Virus record (IMG/VR): IMGVR_UViG_3300005326_000104 | Coordinates: 1-29,822 of that record | DNA from: a virus | Lineage: Duplodnaviria > Caudoviricetes | DNA length: 29,822 nt | Reading direction: 5' to 3' (one strand) | Part shown: positions 14,661 through 23,006 of the stretch, one piece after another | Layout of the letters: every line of letters begins with the position of its first letter | Position numbering within the stretch: position 1 is the stretch's first letter | The notes under the pieces: model-generated | Database searches by the model: none | The model's input: the letters and a program-made list of their open reading frames with translations, nothing else | What the model was told of the DNA's origin: nothing | Translations under genes and position numbers: made by a program

Positions 14661-16198
14661 CCTTCAAGCCCTCAGACATCGCCGCGGCGTTTGCCGAGCT
14701 CAAGCGCGACGACACCACCGTCGAGCTCGCGACCGGCGAGACCTACAAACTCCCGTCCGGTCTGCAGCAGGTCGGCGAGGGGACAGTGTTCGATGGCAAC
14801 GGCGCGATCCTTATCGCTCCCAACCCCATGCGGATCGTTACCCGAGAACCGGGCGCCGTCCTCAGGAACTTCTCGGCCTCGGGCTACGTCACGCTCTACA
14901 ACTACGCGAGCAAGTACACGGCCGAGCACGTCACCGTCAGCCACTCGCTCGACGGAAAGACCATCCTCGACCACGGCGCCATCGGGAGCTCGGCCACGGC
15001 CGCGTTCATGACCTGGCTGCCGCTCTCGACCACCAGGCGGCTCGAGAACCTCACGTACACTGGCTGCCGTGCCGAAGACATCTACCACCACGGGTTCAGC
15101 CTCAACCTCGAAGGGGCGAGTGAAGGCGGCGAGTTCCGCGACGTCCTCTATGACTCATGCGTGGCCCTGCGGTGCGGCAAGCACGACAGGAGGCCGCGGG
15201 ACGGGGCTGCAGGCGCCATCGACCTCCGCAACTGGGCATGCGGCTTCAACATCCCCGACGCCGGCGACATCACCCGGATGATCGTCCGGGACTGTGAGAG
15301 CGGCGACCCGATCCAGGACTGCTTCCACCTCGACGGCTCGTGGACCGGGCACCGCATGAACATCACCGACGTCCTCTTCGAGCGGTGCTTCGGCTGGGGC
15401 GCCGGTCGGCGATGTTCCGATCAATCGGTGGAGAAGTTCTGGCACGGCATCTACGGCCCCCACTTCCGGGCGGTCGACTGCACCTTCAAGGACTGCCGGC
15501 ACGCGGGGATGGCCCTGATCAACACCGAGGCCGACCGCGTCGACGTCCGGGGCTGCACCGACATCGGCAGCGCCTACGGGATGATCCTGAACTATGCCGC
15601 GTTCGGCGCGGACGTTCAGTTCACCTCGAAGGCCGCGAAGGTGCACGCGTTCGTCGGCCAGGCCGGCTCTGGTGGCGGCACACTCGACCTCACGGTCATC
15701 GACGGCCCGAAGGTCGCCGTGCTGCTCGGGCGGGCGCTCCGTGCCGACTACATCGACTGCCCCAACCACAACGGCACCAGGGCAGGCGACCAGGGGCCGA
15801 AGTACGACAAGTACAGCTACACCCTCGACGGCTCGAAGATCATCATCCGGGGCGAGGCCACGGTCGACATCTGGAAGACGAGCCACGTCGCCGGGGAGAT
15901 CGTCTACCTTCCCCTCGCCTCAGATGGGGAGCCGGCGGTCGTGGTCGACATCCCGAACCCGATCCCGTCCGGGAGCCTCTACATCGACGACGGGCGGTGG
16001 ATCTGGTACCAGCCGCCCGAGGGCCGGCCTACGCAGTGGCAGGCGATCCCCGACGACCTCCTCGCGGCCGGCGGGATCACGCTCCGAGCACAGGACGGGG
16101 CCGTGTGGGCCGGTGCGAACGGGGTGCCAGCACGCACGCTCGGCTTCCTGCCTGATGCGGTGCGCCAGTGGTATAGGGACGTCAGGGGGGTCGTATGA
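14657..16198 (+). CDS. Right-handed parallel beta-helix (pectate-lyase-like) protein, 513 aa
   Basis: AGGAGG RBS; TVFDGNGAIL, ENLTYTGCRAED, DVLYDSCVA, IVRDCES and DVLFERC stacked repeats; no signal peptide. Confidence 0.75.
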   Translation: MTFKPSDIAAAFAELKRDDTTVELATGETYKLPSGLQQVGEGTVFDGNGAILIAPNPMRIVTREPGAVLRNFSASGYVTLYNYASKYTAEHVTVSHSLDGKTILDHGAIGSSATAAFMTWLPLSTTRRLENLTYTGCRAEDIYHHGFSLNLEGASEGGEFRDVLYDSCVALRCGKHDRRPRDGAAGAIDLRNWACGFNIPDAGDITRMIVRDCESGDPIQDCFHLDGSWTGHRMNITDVLFERCFGWGAGRRCSDQSVEKFWHGIYGPHFRAVDCTFKDCRHAGMALINTEADRVDVRGCTDIGSAYGMILNYAAFGADVQFTSKAAKVHAFVGQAGSGGGTLDLTVIDGPKVAVLLGRALRADYIDCPNHNGTRAGDQGPKYDKYSYTLDGSKIIIRGEATVDIWKTSHVAGEIVYLPLASDGEPAVVVDIPNPIPSGSLYIDDGRWIWYQPPEGRPTQWQAIPDDLLAAGGITLRAQDGAVWAGANGVPARTLGFLPDAVRQWYRDVRGVV

Positions 16199-16503
16199 CC
16201 GCCACCACATACGTCTTCGGCCATCTCTGCCGCTGGACATACGCCGACTCCGGCGAGCCGGTCGGGGACGGCAACACCCGCCCGTGCCCGAAGTGCGGCC
16301 GGCTCCCCAACGCCGACGGGTCAGACCCATGCCTCGGGCACCTGCCGGGGATGCGGGCGGCCTGCTGCGGGCATGGCGTCGAACCGCCCTATATCCTCAC
16401 CGAAGAGGGGGATTATGTCGAGGGGTGGGCGAATATCATCCCGCTCCTGCCCCCTGAGATGCGGGAGAGCTATCGGGCACGGTTCCAGGGGCGACCATCA
16501 TGA
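16195..16503 (+). CDS. Cys/His-rich phage protein
   Basis: RPCPKCG...DPCLGHLPGMRAACCGHG. Confidence 0.8.
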   Translation: MTATTYVFGHLCRWTYADSGEPVGDGNTRPCPKCGRLPNADGSDPCLGHLPGMRAACCGHGVEPPYILTEEGDYVEGWANIIPLLPPEMRESYRARFQGRPS

Positions 16504-17024
16504 CCCTCATCACCGTCTCCGGTCTGCCGGGGTCCGGCACCACGACCCTGGCGTCCCGCCTCGCGCGGCGCCTGGAATTCCAGCACCATTCGACCGGGCA
16601 AGTCTTCCGGCAGATGGCAGCCGACCGTGGCCTCTCGATCGAGGAGTTCGGAGCGCTCGTCGACGCGACCCCGCAGATCGATCGCGACCTCGACGCCGAG
16701 ATGGTCCGGACCGTGAAGGCGACCGGCTCCTGTATCGCCGAGGGCCGGCTGACCGGGATGCTGTTCCGGGATGCGGACCTCAAGATCCTCTGCTACGCTC
16801 CGGACGATGTCAGGGCCGCCCGCGTGCTCTCACGGTCCGGCGAGACGAAGGAGCAGATGCACCGGCGTGAGGTGCACGAGATGAGGCGGCACCGCGACAC
16901 CTACGGATTTGATTCGACGATGATCAGCCTGTACGACATCTGCATCAACACGGAGCGATACGGACCTGACAGGACCGAAGCCCTCGCCCGATGGGCGCTC
17001 GCGGCAGGGAGGTGCCCGCGATGA
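16500..17024 (+). CDS. cmk: Archaeal-type cytidylate kinase
   Basis: ITVSGLPGSGTTT, GQVFRQMAADRGLSIEEF, IDRDLD, IAEGRL, YDICINT. Confidence 0.9.
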   Translation: MTLITVSGLPGSGTTTLASRLARRLEFQHHSTGQVFRQMAADRGLSIEEFGALVDATPQIDRDLDAEMVRTVKATGSCIAEGRLTGMLFRDADLKILCYAPDDVRAARVLSRSGETKEQMHRREVHEMRRHRDTYGFDSTMISLYDICINTERYGPDRTEALARWALAAGRCPR

Positions 17025-17185
17025 CCTACGTCTTCAAGGGGGCGCCCTTCGTCTGCGTCGAGTGCCCGGGATGGAAGTGCATCATGATTGTGGGCGGTCA
17101 GAAGAACGACGGCGCCCCCATCCTACCGGACAAGTGCCCACACACCGGCGCCCCGGCCCCGTGGACGCAGGAGGCCGCATCATGA
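17021..17185 (+). CDS. 54-aa Cys4 micro-protein
   Basis: GGAGGTG RBS; FVCVEC..C...CP...WTQEA. Confidence 0.7.
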   Translation: MTYVFKGAPFVCVECPGWKCIMIVGGQKNDGAPILPDKCPHTGAPAPWTQEAAS

Positions 17186-17577
17186 AACTCCTCTACCTCG
17201 CCGGCCCGTTCAGCGCGCCGGAGGGCGACCCCGATCCGCTTCACACAGTCGAGCAGAACATCCTCGCGGCGTCAAGGATCGCCCTCGAGGCCGCCCGCGC
17301 CGGCTGGATGCCCGTGTGCCCGCACAAGAATTCTGCTGGGTTCCAGCACTGCCCGGACATCCCTGCCGTGTTCTGGTACGACGGCGACCTCGAGCTCATG
17401 AAGCGATGCGATGCCGTCCTGATGCTGCCGGGCTGGAGAGAGTCGAAGGGCGCGGCCGTCGAGCGCGCCGTGGCCGTCGCGCACGGGATCCCGGTCAGCG
17501 AATATGAGCAAGGCGGCATGCCGACCCCGAAGCACCTCGCAGCCGTCATCGGGGGATGGCCCCGGGGGAGAGCATGA
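17182..17577 (+). CDS. DUF4406/DUF1937-like nucleoside 2-deoxyribosyltransferase-fold protein
   Basis: LYLAGPFS, PVCPH, DLELMKRCDAVLMLPGWRESKGAAVE. Confidence 0.85.
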   Translation: MKLLYLAGPFSAPEGDPDPLHTVEQNILAASRIALEAARAGWMPVCPHKNSAGFQHCPDIPAVFWYDGDLELMKRCDAVLMLPGWRESKGAAVERAVAVAHGIPVSEYEQGGMPTPKHLAAVIGGWPRGRA

Positions 17578-17717
17578 CCGACGGCCGCGTCAGGGTCGAG
17601 TGCCCGCTCTGTGGCAGGGGACATCGCACCGAGACGGCCATGATGTCCCGCGCCGAGGCGATCATGCGATGTCCGTTCGACCACCGCGAATGGCCGGAGT
17701 GGAGGCGCGATCGATGA
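17574..17717 (+). CDS. 47-aa zinc-ribbon micro-protein; absent from ORF track
   Basis: VECPLCG...RCPFDH; ATGA overlaps. Confidence 0.65.
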   Translation: MTDGRVRVECPLCGRGHRTETAMMSRAEAIMRCPFDHREWPEWRRDR

Positions 17718-17818
17718 CCCTGATGGGCAAGCTCGGCTGGCTGATGTGGGCCGTCGGCCTGGTCGCCGGTCTCGGGGCCGGCATCCTGATCGGATATGCG
17801 GCATGGGGGCCGGTATGA
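17714..17818 (+). CDS. 34-aa membrane peptide
   Basis: MTLMGKLGWLMWAVGLVAGLGAGILIGYAAWGPV. Confidence 0.65.
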   Translation: MTLMGKLGWLMWAVGLVAGLGAGILIGYAAWGPV

Positions 17819-18123
17819 CCGCGGCCGCCGGTCCGGGGATCCAACCCCCCTACCACCACATCGGCCCACTCAGCTGGAAAGCAACGCTCGAGAACTACGA
17901 ACGGCTCAAGCTCCAGCACCTCGCAAGCGAGACACGGCGGAAGCACCACGACGCGCTCGAGCACGCCTTCAAAAAGTTCGGCTGGTCGGGCCTGCTCTAC
18001 GACGATGCCGTTAAGGTCGCTGTCGACCTCTATCCGCACATGAGCATGGAGCGGTCGAGGACGATGCGTCGACTGACGCGGCAGGCAATCGAAGATTTCC
18101 GAGCATGGCATCTTGGAGTATGA
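17815..18123 (+). CDS. Hypothetical protein (102 aa)
   Basis: ATGA overlaps; helical C-terminus. Confidence 0.7.
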   Translation: MTAAAGPGIQPPYHHIGPLSWKATLENYERLKLQHLASETRRKHHDALEHAFKKFGWSGLLYDDAVKVAVDLYPHMSMERSRTMRRLTRQAIEDFRAWHLGV

Positions 18124-18395
18124 AAATCATGAAGTACATCTCAATCATTCTGGCCCTCCTGCTCATTGCGAGCGGGATTGGCAGTGTATCGGCAGGGAAC
18201 ATCAACGACCTCGACGGAGATGGGTTATACGAGGACCTGAACGGCAACGACCGGCTCGACTACAATGATGTGGTCACGCTCTTCAACATGCTCGACATTC
18301 TCGGGGCTCATCCGTTCATCGCCGCGTGCTTCGACTTCAACCACAATGGCCGGCTCGACTTTGCCGACGTGGTGACGCTGTTTAATGTCCTTTGA
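18120..18395 (+). CDS. Secreted stand-alone dockerin-like (Ca-binding) protein
   Basis: Signal peptide MKIMKYISIILALLLIASGIGSVSA, then DLDGDGLYEDLNGNDRLDYNDVVTLF and FDFNHNGRLDFADVVTLF. Confidence 0.85.
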   Translation: MKIMKYISIILALLLIASGIGSVSAGNINDLDGDGLYEDLNGNDRLDYNDVVTLFNMLDILGAHPFIAACFDFNHNGRLDFADVVTLFNVL

Positions 18396-18420
18396 ACACA
18401 ATTTTTCGAGGGGATCACAT

Positions 18421-18801
18421 ATGCAGATTGGCGCGTACGAGATGGATATCCAGACGAACACGACGGTCGCTTTCGATCACGAGTCCCATCAGTGGGATCC
18501 GGCATACCTCTGCCTCGATGCCGACTCGCTCATGAACTCGGGAAAGGGGAAACTCGTTGTCACCGGCTACACGGCGCGGGCGAAAGCATGCACCGTCGAC
18601 CCTGAGCAAATGCACCGGGTCGCGGCCCGATATCACGAGATCACTGGCGAGGAGCTGCCGATACTGAATACCGAATCGTGGGGGGAGATGCCGGGGGTGA
18701 CCGTCTATCGATACGACGTCCGGGTCCACGATGGAAAGAACGGCGCCAAGACGAATGCGCTCTCTCAGGCATTCGCCGAGGTGTGGGAGCCGGCACCATG
18801 A
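18421..18801 (+). CDS. Hypothetical protein (126 aa)
   Basis: GAGGGG RBS before the ATG at 18421. Confidence 0.75.
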   Translation: MQIGAYEMDIQTNTTVAFDHESHQWDPAYLCLDADSLMNSGKGKLVVTGYTARAKACTVDPEQMHRVAARYHEITGEELPILNTESWGEMPGVTVYRYDVRVHDGKNGAKTNALSQAFAEVWEPAP

Positions 18802-19082
18802 CCCGCTTCCGCCTCGTCAGTGTGGAAGAGCAAAACGCGAAATGGTATTTCGAGGCGCTGATCACTCTCGGCTTTACGGGCGAGAAGGTCGACGCCGTGG
18901 AGAGAGGATTCCCGGATCGCAGACAGCGCGAATATTACATCGAGGTTGAGACAATGGCCGACCTACTCCGGCTCCTGAAGGCGATCGACCAGGACGCGGC
19001 GATTGTGTCCGTATCGCCCGGCGTCCTCCAGTCAGAAGAGTCGACTCCCCAAATCAAGATTTACGACGGGTGGAACGAATGA
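18798..19082 (+). CDS. Hypothetical protein (94 aa)
   Basis: ATGA overlap; ends IKIYDGWNE. Confidence 0.75.
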   Translation: MTRFRLVSVEEQNAKWYFEALITLGFTGEKVDAVERGFPDRRQREYYIEVETMADLLRLLKAIDQDAAIVSVSPGVLQSEESTPQIKIYDGWNE

Positions 19083-19108
19083 GCGCCGCCGCGCTGTTCG
19101 GCCGGCTC

Positions 19109-19140
19109 TAATCCCCTTTTCATCCGTACCTTTTTCGATA
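19109..19140 (+). terminator. Oligo-T tracts at the operon boundary (archaeal-type terminator and/or late promoter)
   Basis: CCCCTTTT and CCTTTTT in the only sizeable gap between the middle and structural genes. Confidence 0.4.
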
Positions 19141-19160
19141 CCATCACTCAAACATCTACC

Positions 19161-19412
19161 ATGTCAGAGTTTGACGCTCTTTTGCAGATCGCTGCCCTCG
19201 TGATCGGCATCGGCGCCGGATACGCCGTCTACTCCTACAAGGCCACCGCCGCGCTCAAGGCGGCTGCCAGACTCGTCACCGTGACGCAGATCGTTCGCTC
19301 TGCGAAAGCCGACGCCATCATCACCGACGCCGAGAAGATGCAGATCGGCGAGGCCGTGGTCGCGTTCGAGACTGCTGTCGCCGAGTGCGCCACCATCGCC
19401 CGGCAGGGGTGA
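19161..19412 (+). CDS. Small membrane protein, holin-like
   Basis: N-terminal TM helix; AKADAIITDAEKMQI; first gene of the late block. Confidence 0.55.
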   Translation: MSEFDALLQIAALVIGIGAGYAVYSYKATAALKAAARLVTVTQIVRSAKADAIITDAEKMQIGEAVVAFETAVAECATIARQG

Positions 19413-19414
19413 CC

Positions 19415-19537
19415 ATGGCCGACGGCTGGCCCTGGGAGAACCTCCCAACCCCTCCTAACCGCTACGCTCCCGAGTTCGAGGAGCGCGCCCCGCGACCCCC
19501 GACGCCAACCTCCGAGCCCGTGGGGCTGACCGACTGA
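19415..19537 (+). CDS. 40-aa Pro-rich peptide
   Basis: GGGGTGA RBS; MADGWPWENLPTPP...; TGATG coupling. Confidence 0.5.
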   Translation: MADGWPWENLPTPPNRYAPEFEERAPRPPTPTSEPVGLTD

Positions 19538-19938
19538 TGGGCGCGTGCTTCTGTGTCGGGCGAGGCTGTCCGAAGTATGATCAGTGCTTCCCTCGGGCGG
19601 GCAGGACGTTTGTCGGCGGGCCGATCGGTATCTACCTCCCCCCGACGATTCCCAGCGGCAATGGTCATGGAAATTGGGTATACGGCGATATCCCGGGTAC
19701 AGTCTCGACAGGCGGCGCCATCGTCAGGCCAAATCAGACTGAGAGCCCAACACCGGCCCGTGTCGAGATCGACCTGTGCGCGACCTGCCGGCACTTCAAG
19801 GTGCCCGACGGCCCGCTCGTGTTCCCCGTTGCCGACCGCATCGGCGAATGCCGGCGCAACCCTCCTATGGGCGACAGGCAATGGCCGAAGGTCGGCGGCG
19901 CGGACGAATGCGGACAGTGGGAACGGAGGCGCGGCTGA
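19537..19938 (+). CDS. Cys-rich protein (CxxCxH...GECR..PP...WP.V...CG family)
   Basis: CATCRHF...IGECRRNPP...WPKVGGADECGQW. Confidence 0.75.
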   Translation: MGACFCVGRGCPKYDQCFPRAGRTFVGGPIGIYLPPTIPSGNGHGNWVYGDIPGTVSTGGAIVRPNQTESPTPARVEIDLCATCRHFKVPDGPLVFPVADRIGECRRNPPMGDRQWPKVGGADECGQWERRRG

Positions 19939-20108
19939 TGGCGTCCGCCGTCTGGGGCGATCTCATCTGGGGCGACTTCGTCTGGGGCGGAGAGTCCTCC
20001 GGCTCCGATTTCACGATTGATCTTCTCACATCCCCCTTCGGCGTGACTACGACCCTCCCCCTCCCGACCTCGCCAATCGGCGTGACAACCGTCCTGGACC
20101 TCGCATGA
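19938..20108 (+). CDS. 56-aa protein with WG repeats
   Basis: VWGDLIWGDFVWGG; TSPFGVTT/TSPIGVTT; coupled. Confidence 0.65.
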   Translation: MASAVWGDLIWGDFVWGGESSGSDFTIDLLTSPFGVTTTLPLPTSPIGVTTVLDLA

Positions 20109-20407
20109 CCAACCCAACAATTTACGTCGGCACCGTCGGCGCGACGATCTCCATCCTCTCCTATGCCGACCTCGTGACCGGGGTCGCCTCGGTCGTCATC
20201 ACCGTCCGAAAGCCCGACGGCACGACGGCGACCTGGACGCCCGACTCCGTGACCGAGGCCGGCGTGATCACGTACACGCTCTCGGCTGGTGATGTCGACA
20301 TCGCCGGCACGTATGGAATCCAGCCCGTCGCGACGATGGACGACGGGGATGTGTGGCCGCTCGGTGCGGCCGAATGGACAGTCTACGCACGATTCGAGGT
20401 GGTCTGA
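20105..20407 (+). CDS. BppU N-terminal-like (Ig-fold) virion adaptor protein
   Basis: VITVRKPDGT...GVITYTLSAGDVDIAGTY pattern. Confidence 0.7.
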   Translation: MTNPTIYVGTVGATISILSYADLVTGVASVVITVRKPDGTTATWTPDSVTEAGVITYTLSAGDVDIAGTYGIQPVATMDDGDVWPLGAAEWTVYARFEVV

Positions 20408-23001
20408 TGGCATGGGATGATATCGTAATCGAGCACGTCACGACAGGGCACGCCTCCGACTGGAACGGCCTGGTCGCGTACCTGAAGGGGCACGCCCATG
20501 CGGGGGTCTACCTCCCGATCGCAGGCACCGCCGCGGACAGCCAGCTCCTCGACGGCCACGACAGCACGTACTTCTCGCCCGTCGGTCACCTGCACTCAGA
20601 GTACGCGGCAGCGACTCACAACCACGATGCGGCCTACGCGCCGATCGCAAAGGGAGTGACCAACGGCGACGCGCACGATCACTCGGGCGGAGACGGGGCG
20701 CAGATCGCCTATGGCGGCCTTTCCGGGATCCCGTCGACCTTCGCGCCGGCGGGGCACACGGCGAGCCACGCGACCGGCCAGGCCGACGCCCTCTCCCCCG
20801 CAGATATCGGAGCGGCCACGGCGGGGCACGACCACCCCGGGACCTATCTCCCGGCCGGCACGAAGCTGGACGACCTCGCGGCCCCGGACGACAACACGGA
20901 CCGAAACGCGTCGGTCACGGCACACGGACTCTGTCCGAAACTTGACGGCATCGCGACGAACTGTCTCCAGGGAGACGGCACCTGGGGACCGAAGTCATCG
21001 AGCGGCGGCGGGGATGTCTCGGGACCGGCCTCGAGCACGGACAACGCGGTCCCCCGGTTCGACGGGATCGGGGGCAAGACCCTCCAGAACTCGCTGCTCA
21101 CGGTGGACGACCTCGGCAGCCCGAACATCCCGGCCGGGCAGGCATACAAGATCAACGGCACCGCACTCGCAGCGGCCGATGTCGGGGCCGCGACGGCCGA
21201 GCACAGTCACCCGGGGGAGTTCGCCCCGCTCACCCACGCAGGGAACCACGCCGCGGCCGGTCCGGACTCCCTCCTCCCAGGGGACATCGGCGCCGCGACG
21301 GCAGGCCACGACCACGCCGGGACCTATCTCCCGGTCGACGGGACGGCCGCGGATGCGGCCCTCCTCGACGGGCACGACTCGTCCTACTTCTCCCAGGCGG
21401 GCCATACCCACGCCGAGTACGCTGCTGCGATCCACGACCACGACGCCGCCTACGTCTCGATCGTCGCGACCCCGACGGCCGGGAACCTCGTGGCCCTGAC
21501 GGCAGGGGGAGAGATCGCGGACAGCGGGACGGCCCCCGCCGACTTTGCCGCGGCAGGTCACGAGCACGCCGGGGTCTACGCGCCGGCCGCGGAGGGAGTC
21601 ACTGGAGGGGATCTTCACGACCACAGCGGGGGAGACGGGGCACAGATCGCATATGGGGGCCTCTCCGGGATCCCGGAGACCTTCGCCCCGGAGGCCCACG
21701 CGGCGAGCCATGCGAGCGCCGGGACCGACCCGATCGCACCGGCGGATATCGGGGCGGCAGCATCGGGGCACAACCACGACACGACCTACGCCCCGATCGC
21801 GAAGGGAGTGACCAACGGCGACGCGCACGATCACTCGGGCGGGGACGGGGCACAGGTCGCGTATGCGGCCCTCTCAGGAGTCCCGTCGACGTTTGCCCCG
21901 TCGGCACACAAGACGAGCCATGCGACGGCAGGAGGAGACGCCCTGGCGCCCTCTGATATCGGAGCAGAGCCGGCGATCACGACCCTGCCGATCGCGAGAG
22001 GCGGGACCGGGACGGGCACGGCGCCGACCTCCGGACAGGTGCTCATCGGCACGGCAGCCGGGGGCTACGTCCCTGCCGTCCTCACCGAGGGGACGAACGT
22101 CACGATCACCGAGGGCGACGGCTCGATCACGATCGCCGCGTCCGGATCGGCCGCCGCCGCCTCCCAGGTCACGCCCGCCGCGGTCACGATCGCCCATGCG
22201 ACGACCGACGCGGCGGCAGGAAAGACGGCGACCATCGACCTGACCGCGAACCACGGGATGCTGACCCGGCTCCGGTTCCGGGCGGACTTCATCGCCGGGC
22301 AGCAGGTCGCATGGTCCGGGCTCGTGAACGCCGCGAACGGGTACGCCCCGGCCGACACCTCGATCGCGTTCGACGGCGGTGTCGGGACGCTCACCGCGGG
22401 CGACTACGTCAAGTGGGGCGAGGAGATCTGCCTCGTCGGCGGGAGCGGCACGATCACGACGCCGATGACGCTCACGCGGGCGCAGAAAGGGACGGTTGCC
22501 GCCTACCACCCCGACAACGAACAGATGGTCAAGTGCAACGACGGCATCCGGCTGGAGTTCTATCCGAACTCCAGCTATCTCCCCGAGGAGCGGCTGTTCT
22601 CGTGGTACGGCATCATGACCGGGAAGTGGGTCACCGCCGCAGCGATCAGCGCGAACGCGACCGTCTTCTACACAACCACCGATCCGAGCGTCGTCTCCGA
22701 CTTCGGGTTCGACGACCTCGTCGTGATCGACCCGGCCGGCACGCCGGAGTTCAAGCGCGTCGCCGCCGTCTTCGGTGACGTCGCGAACAACACGTACGAC
22801 AAGGCGGTCTTCGTCCAGGGCGCCCTCGCCGCCCATGACAACACCAAGGACGTCTACCGCGTCCACCAGTTCGACGTCCCGATCCCGGTCAAGTTCGCGA
22901 CCTCCGCCACGACGCTCTACGTCAAGATGTTCGTGGACGAGGCGACCCCGGGGGGCACCGTTACCGGGACGCTCGAAGTGATTGCAGACAAGTGGAGCTG
23001 A
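20407..23001 (+). CDS. Virion fibre protein with His-rich (HxH) repeats, 864 aa
   Basis: Repeated GVTNGDAHDHSGGDGAQIAYGGLSGIP, AADxxLLDGHDSxYF and SHAxxGxDxLxPxDIGA; LPIARGGTG motif. Confidence 0.85.
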   Translation: MAWDDIVIEHVTTGHASDWNGLVAYLKGHAHAGVYLPIAGTAADSQLLDGHDSTYFSPVGHLHSEYAAATHNHDAAYAPIAKGVTNGDAHDHSGGDGAQIAYGGLSGIPSTFAPAGHTASHATGQADALSPADIGAATAGHDHPGTYLPAGTKLDDLAAPDDNTDRNASVTAHGLCPKLDGIATNCLQGDGTWGPKSSSGGGDVSGPASSTDNAVPRFDGIGGKTLQNSLLTVDDLGSPNIPAGQAYKINGTALAAADVGAATAEHSHPGEFAPLTHAGNHAAAGPDSLLPGDIGAATAGHDHAGTYLPVDGTAADAALLDGHDSSYFSQAGHTHAEYAAAIHDHDAAYVSIVATPTAGNLVALTAGGEIADSGTAPADFAAAGHEHAGVYAPAAEGVTGGDLHDHSGGDGAQIAYGGLSGIPETFAPEAHAASHASAGTDPIAPADIGAAASGHNHDTTYAPIAKGVTNGDAHDHSGGDGAQVAYAALSGVPSTFAPSAHKTSHATAGGDALAPSDIGAEPAITTLPIARGGTGTGTAPTSGQVLIGTAAGGYVPAVLTEGTNVTITEGDGSITIAASGSAAAASQVTPAAVTIAHATTDAAAGKTATIDLTANHGMLTRLRFRADFIAGQQVAWSGLVNAANGYAPADTSIAFDGGVGTLTAGDYVKWGEEICLVGGSGTITTPMTLTRAQKGTVAAYHPDNEQMVKCNDGIRLEFYPNSSYLPEERLFSWYGIMTGKWVTAAAISANATVFYTTTDPSVVSDFGFDDLVVIDPAGTPEFKRVAAVFGDVANNTYDKAVFVQGALAAHDNTKDVYRVHQFDVPIPVKFATSATTLYVKMFVDEATPGGTVTGTLEVIADKWS

Positions 23002-23006
23002 TTGAC

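Noticed and set aside
16521-16547. Cmk P-loop lacking Lys (GSGTTT) as a sign of inactivation
   Set aside because: GSGTTT/S is common in native Cmk proteins of methanogens
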